Origin: Collinsella sp.
GTDB lineage: Bacteria; Actinomycetota; Coriobacteriia; Coriobacteriales; Coriobacteriaceae
DNA: 64,000 nucleotides
Direction: 5' to 3'
Assembly: GCA_048519165.1 (NCBI GenBank)
Contig: DBFZVF010000010.1
Coordinates: 177-64,176, forward strand
The translations under genes were made by a program, and so were the position numbers. The notes under the pieces were generated by a model, which did no database searches, was not told the origin of the DNA, and saw only the letters and a list, made by a program, of their open reading frames with translations. How positions within the stretch are numbered: position 1 is the first letter of the stretch; the number at the start of each line of letters is the position of its first letter. Of the stretch, positions 27,608-39,100 are shown one piece after another.

Positions 27608-30490
27608 CTAAATAAACACGTCGACGAGGATGGGCATAAGGTTGAGCAGGCCAAACACCAGCGCCACGCCCCATCCGAGCTTAAAGCAGCTGCGCCAGGT
27701 ACTGCGTGCGAAGGTGTTGTCGATAAGCACCTCGACAAAGTACGTCGCGGCCATCACGACCAGGGCTACCACCCAGCTCACCGGGTTGCCCCAAACAAAG
27801 AACATGCCCACCCACATCAAAAACAGCACGGTCTCGCACCAGTGCATAAGGGTCATCTTGGCCAGCGTGCCGCCGCTCATCTCGGTGGCGACGCCCTGAA
27901 CGATCTCCTGATGCGCGTGATGCGAGTACGAAAGATCGAACGGCGACTTGCGCAGCTTGATGGTAAGTACCGCGAGCAGCGCGAGGAAAATGGGCGCGCT
28001 GTACACGATGATGGGGGCCGACTGCCCCGTCACGGCGATGGAATCGAAGCTGTCGGTGGCAAGGTACAGGCCCACGCTCATCAGCAGAACGGCGGGCTCG
28101 TAACTCATGACCTGCAGCAGCTCGCGGTCGGCACCGACCTGGGCAAACGGGCTTTGCGTCGAGGCGGACGCCAACACCACAAAGATCGCGGCGAGCGTCA
28201 CCATAAAGGCGCACAACAGCGTGTTGGAACCCGACACAAAGATGCCGCCGCCCACCACGGTAAAGATGAGCGCGCACGCCATGTAGGTATCGTCCATGGT
28301 GTTTACGCTGGCGGGGGCCTTGCGCAGCAGCTTGGCAACGTCGTAGAAGGGCTGCAGCAAGCGCGGGCCCACGCGGCCCTGCATGCGAGCGGACAGCTTG
28401 CGGTCGATGCCGTCGATCAGGCCGCCCACAAGCGGCGCAATCAGGGCAAATGCCACGGTGCCTATAAAGATGCCCACGACGCCCGAACCTTCAAAATACT
28501 TGCCACGCAGCACCGAGGGCGCGCTCATGGCAAGCCGCTCGGGCCCAATCCACGCGCAACACAGCAGCGCAAACAAAATAATACTGCAGCACACGACGCT
28601 ACCCGCGGGGCCAATACGCTTCTCGCCAAGGGCGTCCTCCGAGTACCAATTGCGCTTTTCGGCCTTCACCTCGTGTCCCATCGAGCCGCGGAAATGGCGA
28701 TATTTGTCGGTTCCCACGCCCGAAAGGTACACGTTGACGTGCGGCTTATTGCTCACGCGGAACGACGTCAGCAGCACCACGGCGATAAACGCCACGATAA
28801 CCACCATCAGATACATGGCGTCCTTGCCAATAACGTACGGCACGCGGCCAAACACCATGGCCAAGTAAGGCGACACCAGACCGCTCGAGATAACCGGGAA
28901 CGCCACGCAGCACAGAATCAGCAGCGCGGCGATGGTGTTGAGCGCCATCCATTCGGTCTTATGGACATTGACCTCAACGTTTTGAGCCGTGGGGTCGACG
29001 CCCGAAAGCTTGGCAAGCCACTTGCCCCAGAAGTAAAACGTCGCGGCCGAGCCAAAGGCAAGCACCATGATCATGAGCACGTTGCCGGTCTGCGCAAACG
29101 CCACCAGGGCGCCCCACTTGGACACGAGCATGCCAAACGGCGCCACAAACATGCCCATGATGCCCAGCATCATCAGGCGCGTCAGGTGCGGCATGCGGCT
29201 GAACATACCGTCCATGTCCTCGATATTGCGGCTGCCGATATGATGCTCGGCCGTGCCCACGCACAGGAACAGCAGCGACTTGGCCACCGTGTGGAACAGG
29301 ATCAGGAAGATGGCCGCCCATACGGCCTCGGGCGCGCCGACACCCAAACAGGCACTGATGAGGCCCAAGTTGGAAATGGTGGAGTACGCGAGCACGCGTT
29401 TGGCGTTGCTCTGCGAGATGGCCATGAGGGCGGCAAGCAAAAACGTGATGGCGCCCACGCTCGTGACCATAAAGCCAGTCACGGGATAGATGGCATAGAG
29501 CGGGCTGAGCTTGACCATCAGGAACACGCCGGCTTTGACCATGGTTGACGAGTGCAGCAGGGCGCTCGTGGGCGTGGGGGCAACCATGGCACCCAGCAGC
29601 CAAGTGTGGAACGGCATCTGTGCGGCCTTGGTGAGTGCGGCGAGCGACAGCAGAATGACCGGCATCACCAGCAGCGCGGATTGCGCGGTTCCGGCGCCGG
29701 AAAGCTCAATCATGCCCGAGATGGTCAGCGGCATACCGTTAACGTGCAGGTACATGAGTCCGGCCAAAAACGCGATGCCGCCCAGCATGTTGAGGATAAT
29801 CTGGGTGAAGGCGTTCTTGATGGCCTCGGGCGTGCGCGTGTAGCCAATCATGAGGAACGAGCACACGGTGGTGATTTCCCAGCCGCAGAACAACCACTCA
29901 AGGTTGTCGCTCGTCACGATGACGAACATGGCCGAGAGGAACAGGAACATAAGCGCCAGGAACTGCGGGCGTCGGTCGGGCGCAGTCTGCCCGCGCAGCG
30001 CAGCCTCGTGCTCGTCATGGGCCTGGAAGTCCTTCATGTAGCCCAGGGCATACACGCAGATTAGGCTGCCGACAATGCCGACGGCGAGGACCATGATCAC
30101 GCTCATGTAATCCAGGTAGAGCGGCGTCGCCGTGACGGCTTCGGCCGCGGGCAGCGTCATGGCAGCGAAGGCAACCGAACCCACCAGCTGTACCACGCCG
30201 AGCACCGTGGTAAGCACGCTCTTATATTTGTGCGCGTTGTACAGGATGACGGCGCACAGAATGACATCGATGGCGGAGCTGATGATCGAGAGCACATGCG
30301 AGGTACCGGGGGCAACCTCAAAGCTCTGCGGGCCCGCGCCAAAAAACATGACGGCGACTACAACTGTCACCGCCATAATGATGCCGGAACCTATGAGCCC
30401 CACCGCATCGCGGGCGCGGTCACCGCGCGCGAGCAGCATGCCCAGCGCCGGTACCAGCGGAAACAGGGTAAGGAAATACAGTAGCGTCAT
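27608..30490 (-). CDS. Fused Ech membrane subunits: EchA (NuoL/MrpA antiporter-like) + EchB (NuoH-like)
   Basis: WEITT..SF..IGY, KAAQMPFHTWL..AMVAPTPTSALLHSSTMVKAG, KRVLAYST; then GIDRKLSARMQGRVGP..QPFYDVAKL, YEP, KSPFDLS in one ORF. Confidence 0.9.
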   Translation of the reverse strand: MTLLYFLTLFPLVPALGMLLARGDRARDAVGLIGSGIIMAVTVVVAVMFFGAGPQSFEVAPGTSHVLSIISSAIDVILCAVILYNAHKYKSVLTTVLGVVQLVGSVAFAAMTLPAAEAVTATPLYLDYMSVIMVLAVGIVGSLICVYALGYMKDFQAHDEHEAALRGQTAPDRRPQFLALMFLFLSAMFVIVTSDNLEWLFCGWEITTVCSFLMIGYTRTPEAIKNAFTQIILNMLGGIAFLAGLMYLHVNGMPLTISGMIELSGAGTAQSALLVMPVILLSLAALTKAAQMPFHTWLLGAMVAPTPTSALLHSSTMVKAGVFLMVKLSPLYAIYPVTGFMVTSVGAITFLLAALMAISQSNAKRVLAYSTISNLGLISACLGVGAPEAVWAAIFLILFHTVAKSLLFLCVGTAEHHIGSRNIEDMDGMFSRMPHLTRLMMLGIMGMFVAPFGMLVSKWGALVAFAQTGNVLMIMVLAFGSAATFYFWGKWLAKLSGVDPTAQNVEVNVHKTEWMALNTIAALLILCCVAFPVISSGLVSPYLAMVFGRVPYVIGKDAMYLMVVIVAFIAVVLLTSFRVSNKPHVNVYLSGVGTDKYRHFRGSMGHEVKAEKRNWYSEDALGEKRIGPAGSVVCCSIILFALLCCAWIGPERLAMSAPSVLRGKYFEGSGVVGIFIGTVAFALIAPLVGGLIDGIDRKLSARMQGRVGPRLLQPFYDVAKLLRKAPASVNTMDDTYMACALIFTVVGGGIFVSGSNTLLCAFMVTLAAIFVVLASASTQSPFAQVGADRELLQVMSYEPAVLLMSVGLYLATDSFDSIAVTGQSAPIIVYSAPIFLALLAVLTIKLRKSPFDLSYSHHAHQEIVQGVATEMSGGTLAKMTLMHWCETVLFLMWVGMFFVWGNPVSWVVALVVMAATYFVEVLIDNTFARSTWRSCFKLGWGVALVFGLLNLMPILVDVFI

Positions 30491-30632
30491 ACCATCACTC
30501 CCCCATGCAAAAACGCTGCAATTGTTTAACGTTATAGCTCAATTGAGGAGTAGCGGCGGCGGGTTTTCGGTCAACTGGGGAGTTTTAGGCGTACGGGGTA
30601 AGGGCACGTCCGCATTGGAGCAGAGGGGCGGC

Positions 30633-30658
30633 AAGAAAAATGCGCCCCTGTGGGCGCA
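30633..30658 (-). terminator. Intrinsic terminator of the HTH gene
   Basis: TGCGCCC-CTGT-GGGCGCA followed by TTTTTCTT on the minus strand. Confidence 0.7.
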
Positions 30659-30670
30659 CCATCCCGTTCG

Positions 30671-31075
30671 CTATTCCGCCTTTTTAACGCGCGGCTTGCG
30701 GCCGCGCGGCTTATCGACCAGCGCGGACTCACCGCTCTCGCGATACTGGCGGCACCAAGCCTTGACTGAAGACTCGCTGGGAATCTTGTGCTTGATCATA
30801 GCCTCGCGAACCGTCAGGCCGTTTTCCAAACGGTCCTTAACCACGGCGAGCTTTACGTCGTACGAATAGGTGTGATGACGAGCGCCCGCATTGAGCACGG
30901 CGTCGGCACCGCCCACGGCATATGCGCGGGCCCACTGACGAGCCGTGGCCTGGGGAATGCCAAGCTTTGCGGCGAGGGCGCGGTGACCGACCCCCTCTTG
31001 GAGGATCTCGACGGCGCGCTGCCTAACCTCGGGCGCATGCGTGCGAGTCCTAGTTGCTTCCGACATACCTGCCAC
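30671..31075 (-). CDS. Double-HTH protein resembling IS3/IS150-group OrfA, with no OrfB
   Basis: Two HTH repeats; YSYDVKLAVV...SSVKAWCRQYRESGESALVDKPRGRKP. Confidence 0.75.
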   Translation of the reverse strand: MAGMSEATRTRTHAPEVRQRAVEILQEGVGHRALAAKLGIPQATARQWARAYAVGGADAVLNAGARHHTYSYDVKLAVVKDRLENGLTVREAMIKHKIPSESSVKAWCRQYRESGESALVDKPRGRKPRVKKAE

Positions 31076-31344
31076 TTCTTAGCCTTAACCGTTAATCTGC
31101 TTTCTTACGTGCTTGTTAGATAGTAGCATTTTGCTGTTCCCGCGTAACAGTTAATTGAAAATCGTAACGGCGGCATCTGGGTATTTGCCATTCGTTTGCA
31201 ACAGTTCTTTAGGTTTTATTTACGCAGCTAGTTGGCTCGCGACTCATTGACAGTGTTTTACCAACCAAATTGGTATCTTTTTGTTTGGCTGGTATGGTTT
31301 GTGCAAGTATTAACCCCTCGTCAGTCCGCAGTTAACATGTCAGA

Positions 31345-31430
31345 TTTCCACTTACTTTCCAACTTTCCACTTAACTTTCCAGCTTTCCACCTTGGGTGGT
31401 AAGTTAAGCGGAAAGTTGGAAAGAAGTTGG
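31345..31430. repeat. Palindromic CTTTCCA-based repeat, downstream copy
   Basis: Tandem CTTTCCA units mirrored around CCACCTTGGGTGG; 31363-31423 matches 32971-33031 at 58/61. Confidence 0.9.
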
Positions 31431-31458
31431 GAGACCGAAGCATGGGCGACGGACAGCC

Positions 31459-32928
31459 CTACTTTGCAAGTCGATACCGTTGCCGCGGGCTACGCGGAGG
31501 TTCCATCGCCTCAATCTTGCCCGCACCAATCAAGCCCTTTATATGGTTGGAAACGGCGCTCCTGCTCAAACCCGAAGCGTCCGTGAGCTCCTTAGTCGAG
31601 GCCGAAGAATGTGTTGCCAGGTAATCCAAGATTGCCTCGTCCACATGCCCCACAGGCGTCACCTGTTCCGCCCGCATTATCTTTCGCTTATCGAACGTCA
31701 GCGAAAAAGAAACCGTCGAGTTCTTTGGTTCGGGCGGCAGCATGTTTGCCCGCTCGAGCTGCTCACCTATTTCCTGATAACCAGTGCCGCGATTTTCGAC
31801 CACGTAGCCACCGCCTGGGTACGGTGTGGTCTCGAGAATATTTGAAAGGAACTGGTTTCTGGATGACGAAACCCCAGAAACTCCCAGCGAATCGATCGTT
31901 ACATCGCCGTACAGCCCGCCGGGATTGAGAATCTCGACGCGGTCGATATACAGGTTGACCTGAACTTGTGAGCCACGCGCGGCGGAAGAGTAGTCGCGGT
32001 GCATGAGTGCGTTCGCCACCGCCTCGCGCAGCGCCACGGGCGGATAATCGGGCACATCTTTCCGGAACGCGCCCTCGATAACCGCGGCGTTTCGGGTGTT
32101 TCTCGCAACGGCGGCAAGCACGTCCTCAATCATGAAAGGGATTGGACCAAAAATGGTCTGAGAATCCACAAAACGCTTGTTATCGCTTACTCGCTGCGTT
32201 TTTGTAGTCCCGGGGTACGCCGTAAAGGTCACATTGAGACGTGGGAAGAACTTTTGCGGAAACCGTCCCATCGCGACAATTGCGGCAAGCGTCGGCACGA
32301 TTGCGTCGTCCACCCTTTTTGTCACATGCAGGTCAAGGAGAATCTCGTCATCGCTTCTGGTGCCCAAAAGCCTAGGGTGCAGCTCGCGCTGACGTTTTAT
32401 AAACCCTTGCAAAAGATCGGCGTCAAGGTCATCGAGCGTGGCACCTTCGACCGGCTCGTCGTCGTATGTAGGCTGAACATGCTCCTCCATAAAGCGATCG
32501 ATTTCGTAGGGAGTCATGCGCCGGTCGCCGTCGCCCGTACGGATAAAGGACGAATCGTACATTCCGCGTGCCGCAATATAGCAGGGTTTATCGCGTGGAT
32601 GCATTTCTTTGATGCGCGCGCAAAGCACCAGCTTACCCTCGAAGGGGAGCACTTGGATATCCGGCCTCACAACGGGCGTCAGCTTTTCACATGCAGAAGA
32701 GAGGGCGTCTTGCATCTTGCGGGCATCAAAACCCTCGACGGGCATAAACCCGTTCTTTTCGGAAATGCCGAGGATGATAAAGCCGCCCTGCGCGTTGGAA
32801 AATGCCGAAAGCGTCTCGACGATGCTTTTGGGGAGCGCGCCCTTGGCTTCTTTTACTTCGTACTGCTGGGTGTCGTTTCCTATTGCCCGCAGATGATGGA
32901 TAACCTGCGCCAACCACTCCTCATTCAT
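31459..32928 (-). CDS. Schlafen/AlbA_2 + HATPase_c_4 ('RecG C-terminal-like') + C-terminal wHTH protein
   Basis: YEVKEA...ETLSAFSNAQGGFIILGI; YPPVALREAVANALMHRDYS, RVEILNPGGL, RN, ENRGTG; STKELTDASGLSRSAVSNHIKGL; SD GGAGG before ATG 32928. Confidence 0.9.
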   Translation of the reverse strand: MNEEWLAQVIHHLRAIGNDTQQYEVKEAKGALPKSIVETLSAFSNAQGGFIILGISEKNGFMPVEGFDARKMQDALSSACEKLTPVVRPDIQVLPFEGKLVLCARIKEMHPRDKPCYIAARGMYDSSFIRTGDGDRRMTPYEIDRFMEEHVQPTYDDEPVEGATLDDLDADLLQGFIKRQRELHPRLLGTRSDDEILLDLHVTKRVDDAIVPTLAAIVAMGRFPQKFFPRLNVTFTAYPGTTKTQRVSDNKRFVDSQTIFGPIPFMIEDVLAAVARNTRNAAVIEGAFRKDVPDYPPVALREAVANALMHRDYSSAARGSQVQVNLYIDRVEILNPGGLYGDVTIDSLGVSGVSSSRNQFLSNILETTPYPGGGYVVENRGTGYQEIGEQLERANMLPPEPKNSTVSFSLTFDKRKIMRAEQVTPVGHVDEAILDYLATHSSASTKELTDASGLSRSAVSNHIKGLIGAGKIEAMEPPRSPRQRYRLAK

Positions 32929-32938
32929 GCCGAACCTC

Positions 32939-33035
32939 CCAACTTTCCAACTTTCCACCTAACTTACCAGCTTTCCACTTAACTTTCCAGCTTTCCACCT
33001 TGAGTGGTAAGTTAAGTGGAAAGCTGGAAAGTTGG
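32939..33035. repeat. Palindromic CTTTCCA-based repeat, upstream copy
   Basis: Direct repeat of 31363-31423; abuts the SD of the AlbA_2 gene. Confidence 0.9.
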
Positions 33036-33071
33036 TGGAGAGCTGGGGCAGCAGTAGGCCAAGCGAACAAG

Positions 33072-33103
33072 AAAAAGGGCGGCAACCGGGTGGTTGCCGC
33101 CCC
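33072..33103 (-). terminator. Intrinsic terminator after the giant gene
   Basis: GGGCGGCAACC/GGTTGCCGCCC stem followed by T5 on the minus strand. Confidence 0.85.
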
Positions 33104-33111
33104 TCGCGTAG

Positions 33112-36100
33112 CTAGTTGGTTTTCGTCTCGTGCCGAATGCCCTCGGTGTTGATGCGCGCTAGCGTGTACGTCACGTAGTCGGAGTGCGAATAGCCATCAA
33201 GGTTGCTAACGTTGACCGGTGTGTCGTCGACAACGTTGCCGGTCATAATATTGGCCGTAAGCACCAAGCGGTAGTTTGCGTAAGTTTGGTTCTCACCCTC
33301 AACATTCGTATTCACTTTAACGCGGAAGGCATGCTTAAAGGCAAGGCTGTTGCCGTCGCGCGTGAGGAACGCGCCGTTGGTCTTGGTGTCGGTGAACACA
33401 TAGCTGTTGCCGTCGGCGGATGCCGCACCCGTGCCTAGGCAATCGCTGCCGAGCACCGTAATGTAGTTCGAGATATCGCCGACCGGAGCATAGCCGCCAT
33501 TATCTTGCCGCTGCTCCAGGCTCAGCGTGTAGGTCACCGTGCTTGCGGCGTCGATCTTAGCCTCGGCGCCCGTGAGCTTGCTCAGGTCGTAGGTACCCAC
33601 CAGAGCGATCTCGCCGTCAGCGGACTTGAGGTCATCGATGTTGATGCCCAACTGGGATTTCTTAGACGCCTCGAGCGCGATGGTCGATGAGCCCACATCC
33701 ATACGGTAGTAGCCGGCGCCGCCATCGTTGTATGCCGAGTTGCTACTGGTGCTGAGCGTGTCGGCATGCGTGGAAAGGTACGCGCGGTAGTTGGGTTTGG
33801 TGTAGCGGTCGGTGCCGCTGTTCTGCGAGGCCACGATACCCGCCTGGCAGGCAGGCTCCGTCATGGTGAGCGCGGCCCTCATGGTAACGGTGAAGGCGTT
33901 GACATGGTTCTTGGCGATCTCGCGCAGGCCCGACATGTCGATGGGATTACCCTCAGCATCGGCAAGCACCAGTGACATGTCGCCACCGTTCGCAGTCCAA
34001 CTAAGGCCCGACACCACTGGGGTCTCCTTCGTGCCGGCCAGATTCCAACCCGACCCGCCCCAGGTGTAGTAGTTATCACCCACCTTAACGTAGAACTCAT
34101 ACGTGCCCTGCGTGCCCGTGGGGTATCCTACCGAGCCCGCGATGACGCCATCGTGATAGGTGACAAGCGACGAATCGAGCTGATAATACAGCGCATCAGA
34201 GCTCGTGTATTGCTGGCTCGAGTCAAACGTCACGGTGTCGCTCACGTTCATGGAAAGCGAATAGGTGGCTTCCTTGAGCTCCATCCGGTTGATGCTGTCC
34301 CTGTTGTCGACGAGGTTACGCTTGTTGTCAACGAGGCTGTGCGTGTAGTTTGATGCCACGCTGTAGGTCGAGGGCGTATTCTGGTGCCCATCCTCGGCAG
34401 CCTTGCCGTCGGCTACTTTCTTGCCTCGCAGCAGGTAGTTGATGTGCTCGTTGAGGCTCGTGTCCACCGTGGTGGCGGTGTAGCCGTTGACGCCCGCGGA
34501 CCCCGCCGGCGTGCGCACCACCAAGTAGAAGTTTTCGCTCTTGGGCTCTTCCTTATCAACGGAGAGGGTATAGAACGTGCCCGTCGCGTCGGAAGAAGTG
34601 CGCGCGCGGTAGTACGCGCCATCGACCTTGGCGCCAGCCATCTTCGCGAGTTCGGCCTGGCTCTTGTCCTTGACCTCGTCATCGGCGAGCTTGACCCAAG
34701 CGCCGTCCTTGTCCTCCTTGGCCTCATCGGCCTTCACGCCCACGATTTCGCTCAGCCACGGTTCGGTGTAGTAAGCCTTGTTGCCAGCGTCCACAAACTC
34801 GGTGAGCTTGACTGACGTCGCGCCACCCGTGCCCACCGTGTAGTGATATTCGCGGCTGTTGTTGGCCGTGTCCACGAGTGTGAGCTGTGTACCCTCGGGC
34901 AGCGTGGCACCGAAGGTAATGCTCTTGTTGAGCGGACCCATAGAGCCGCCGGCTTCGAGCAGCGTGTTCCAGCCGTAATCGACCGGCTTGCCCCGAGCGC
35001 TGCCATAGGTCCAGGTAAGGTAGCCGGTCATGGTGTCGCCGCTGCTCACAAGTACGTGCTTGTCGTATTTTGTCGCATAGTCGGCAGCCTTGAAGTTCGC
35101 ACCTTCGGAGTAGGTGGCGGTAAAGTCGATCTCGAGCATGCGCTTGACGATGATGGGTACCTGTACACGGTAGCTCTGGCCGGCCTCGCTAAAGGTGACC
35201 GTAAGCAGCGTGAAGCGCCCCTGCTCATTGTCCCAGTCGGTGCTCGCGCGGAATGCCATAGAGCTCGTGCCATTGTTGAGCACCTTGAGCGTGGGCGCTT
35301 GCGAGGCGGCTACGTCCTTGACGAAGGTGCCGTTATCGGCGAGCGAGAAGACCTCGGCGGTGGCGGTCACATGCGCGGTGCTGCCGTTGAGGCGGCGGGC
35401 ATCGGAGAAGCCGCCATTGGTCACGATGTTCAGGTAGCTCTCCACCGTCGTGGTATCGTTGCCCGGAATCACGAGCACGGGGAAGTCAGTTTTGGCCTTC
35501 TTGCCCGAAGTAATGTTGTTAGCGTTATAGGTGCTACGCGAGCTGTCCGCGCTATAGGTGCTCGTGTTTTGGTATGCGCCGGCATCATTGATGCCGGCGA
35601 TGTTGGTGTAGGTGTAGCGGCCGGGAACGCGGGCACCCGCTTGGCTTTGGATGGTCGTCGCGGTGTCAATGGCGGCGCCGTCGCCAAACAGGTAGCGGTC
35701 GGTGGTGTCGCCGTCGGAGGCACGCACCGCCAGCGTGCTCACGGGCCTCGTGGTCACGTACGGACTCGTTGCCGTGGTAGCAGTATCGCCTGCGCCGTAA
35801 AGCGTTTTGTTCTCGTTGGGCGCGGCAGCCGTGCCGTTGTAGTCGCCGAAGGCAATATAAGTTTTCTCGTTAACAGCAGCCGTATTCGTATTGGTCGTGT
35901 AAACCATCGGCGGCAGGTCGCTCGTGGTCTTGCCACTACCGGGCTTTACTTCCACGCCCGCTGCGGAAAGGCTGTACTTACCATCCCCCGTGTCAACCTC
36001 GCCCAAGAGTACGCCCTGGGTTTTGCCCGCATTGTAGCTATTGCTGTCCATGAGCACGTTTAACAGATGGAACTGGCCGCGCCCGTCGCCCATAATGCCG

Positions 36101-39100
36101 CCGTTGGACCTTTCGCTAAACGTGGTGTTGGATACCTTTGTGTTGGTAACGTCGATGACGACGGATCCGCTGTTACTCGCGTTATTCGCGCCCAGCAGAC
36201 CGCCGCTCCAGTTACCCTTAATCGTAGCGTTCTCGATCGCGATGTTGTTGCAGGCTATATTCACATTGCTGAAGAAGTAGCCGATAAGCCCGCCCGAGCA
36301 TTTGCCGGTGCCGGCGATGCTGACATTCTTGACACTGCAGTCGTCGAACCAGTACTTGTTGGGGCTACCGCTACTCGTAACCTCACCAATCAGGCCGCCC
36401 GCATTGTAGATGCTATTGTTCGTTCCGGCCTTATCGCCGATGACGGCGTTCTCGGTGCCGTTTCCGCCATCAATGCGCACGTTGCTCATAGAAATAACGC
36501 CGCCACGGGCGCGTCCGACCACGCCGCCGGCGCCCATATGGTCATCGGAGTTCGACCCGGTGGCTAGCACGTTTACCCCAGAGATGACCGCCGTGCACGA
36601 CGACTGGGCCGCTGTGGCGGTGCCGATGTTGGTGTTGACCGAGATATCGCTTCTTTCGACATAGCCGAGCACGCCGCCCACGTAGGGCACTGTCCCTGTG
36701 GCAGTTATGGTCGAGTTTTTGCCAACGGTCCTTTCGCTCACCCCTGTGCCTGCGGTTGTCCACACACCGCACGCCGAGGCGACCGTACCCACATAGCCAC
36801 CGACATTCTTCTCGCCCGTGACGTTAAGGCCAGTGTATGAGCAGTCATAGAGATACGCGGGGCCCCACCCGTCCCCGAACTCGACCATATAGGTTCTGTC
36901 TTCGCTCGTAGTTCGTCTGGCGCGGCCCGAGCTGCCAAGAAGCCCTCCTACGCTCTTTGCGCCCGACACGGTGCAGTTCTTCATCTGCACGTTGCGGTAG
37001 ATGCCGCACGTGCCGTCGTCGTAGTTGGCCGTTGCACCCGCCAAAAGGCCGGCACCGGTAAGGTCGTTCGGCGCCTCTCCTGGTTTGGCTTCGCCGTTGG
37101 TGTCGATATAGGTGAGCGCTACGTTGCAGTTGCTAAAGGTGAGGTCTTTGACCTGCGCGCCGTCGTTCGCGGTGACACTCTGCCCCACATTGGTGGAGGT
37201 GAACATCACGGTGCTGAATAGACCACCCACGCCCGAGACCTTATAGTCGTCGTCGGCGTATTCGACGACGCCGTAGGCGGTGCCTTCGGTACCCACCGTG
37301 ATGGTGGCGCCGTTACCGTCGATCGTGGCTACGTGCGGCGTAATACGGTCGCGGTCGGTGCCCGGCTGGTTCGAATTGCAGGCATTGGAATAGTAGCGGC
37401 CGTTTAGGCCCACGTACCCCGTGCCGTAGTCGGTCATATCGTAGGTGTCGCCCTGCTTGAACTCCAAGCTCATGCCGATCGATTTCGACGCGCACACATA
37501 GCCCGTTTGGTAGTCGGCAGCGTAGGACGCCACCAGGTAGGGCGAATTTACATCGTCATCATGGTCGAGCGGGCCGTGCCACCCCTGCTTGCCGGGGGCC
37601 TTCTGGTCGTCGTTTTTGGCGATTTCGAAATCGCCGGCAGCACTCTCAGGCTTGCCCACATTTGCGTAGTTAGCATTCCGTACCTTGCCATATTCCTTGT
37701 TGCCAAACAGGTAGCCGCATATCGCCGGGTCTTGCGAATCGCTGCCCCAGTAAGCCTTGGAACCGCGGAACACGCCATTATTGGAGTAGTTGGTATGTGC
37801 CGCGCCAGCACCCGCACCCGAGCTGATGATGGCCGAGAGCACCAAAAGGCCCTGGGCGTTTTTCACCATGGTCACAGGAGCCTCGGCGTTAGTGCCGAGG
37901 TACTTGTTGTCGGTGCCCGTGGTGGTGACACAGGGGGTTCCTTTTTTTGTGAGCTCGTTAATCTGGTAGTTAGCGTTACCGTTTTCAACCTTACAGCCCT
38001 CGCTAAAGGCATAGCCATCAATCACGCGACCGACGTAGGGATTGTTGTAGAGATCAAAGTTGCCCTTTCCCAGACCACGAGATTTGTCACCAGTTCCAGC
38101 ACGCCAGGAAGATTTTCCGCTTTTGTCCATATTGCGGAAAATCACGCCGCCACCCGCAATGGCACCGACGTAGCCACCAATGGGAACAAGATGCGGCTTG
38201 TCGCCACCGCCCGTGACGGTAAATCCCGTTGTAGGGTTTTCGGCCGTCGTCCCATTAACGACCACGCCATCGATAATGTTATCGCCACCAAGGATGCAGC
38301 CGACAACGCCACCGAAAAACGCCGTCGGAACGCCGTCGGCATCCTTGGCAGAATAAGTAATAGTCGCCGACGCGTTCACATAGCGAATATTCAGATCGCG
38401 CACCACGCTGCCGTAACTATAGGGAATAAGGCCGCGAAGCGAACCCTCGTTATTCTCTATCTTGATGGTTGCGTTTTTATTATCACTGCCAAAGTTGCCA
38501 ACGATGACGCCCCTAAACGGGTTGGCCCTATTTCCAAAACCGCCAAACGATGCGCCGTCGAGAGTAATCGTATTGCCCTCAGTAGGCTCGATGCTGTAAT
38601 ACGCGCTCTGCATATAGCGGTGCATGGTTTCGTCGCTCAGCGTCTGCGGGGAATTGGTCGACGCGTCTCCGGTCTTCTTCTCCCATTTATTATCGGTACC
38701 GTTCGCCTGCTTGTAGACGTACGTAACCTCATTGTCGGTCGAGTGATCGCTGCTGCGGCGAGTGCAGAGCCTACCCTGGTCGGCGACAATGGTGACCTCC
38801 CAGCCGTCAAGCGCCGTCATGTTATTAATGTAGTTGGCAATGGCATTCATCTCCGCCGCGTTTGTGACGGAATAAGGATCGCCGTAGGTACCACATCCCA
38901 TTACCAGCTTTGGAATGCGCTGGTTGACTTTAATTTCGTGATACTGGACGCCATCCTCGGCGGCTTTTCCCTTGTAAACATAAGGAAGGTAGTCACCGAA
39001 CCAAGGCCTGACGTCACCGTCCTTCTTACCATCAACCGTCACATAGCCGCTCACGGCACCATACGTCGCTTCGTCGTAATACCAAAGCTGCTTGCCCGGG

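Noticed and set aside
30671..31075. Intact IS3-family element
   Set aside because: No DDE OrfB, terminal IRs or target duplication visible.
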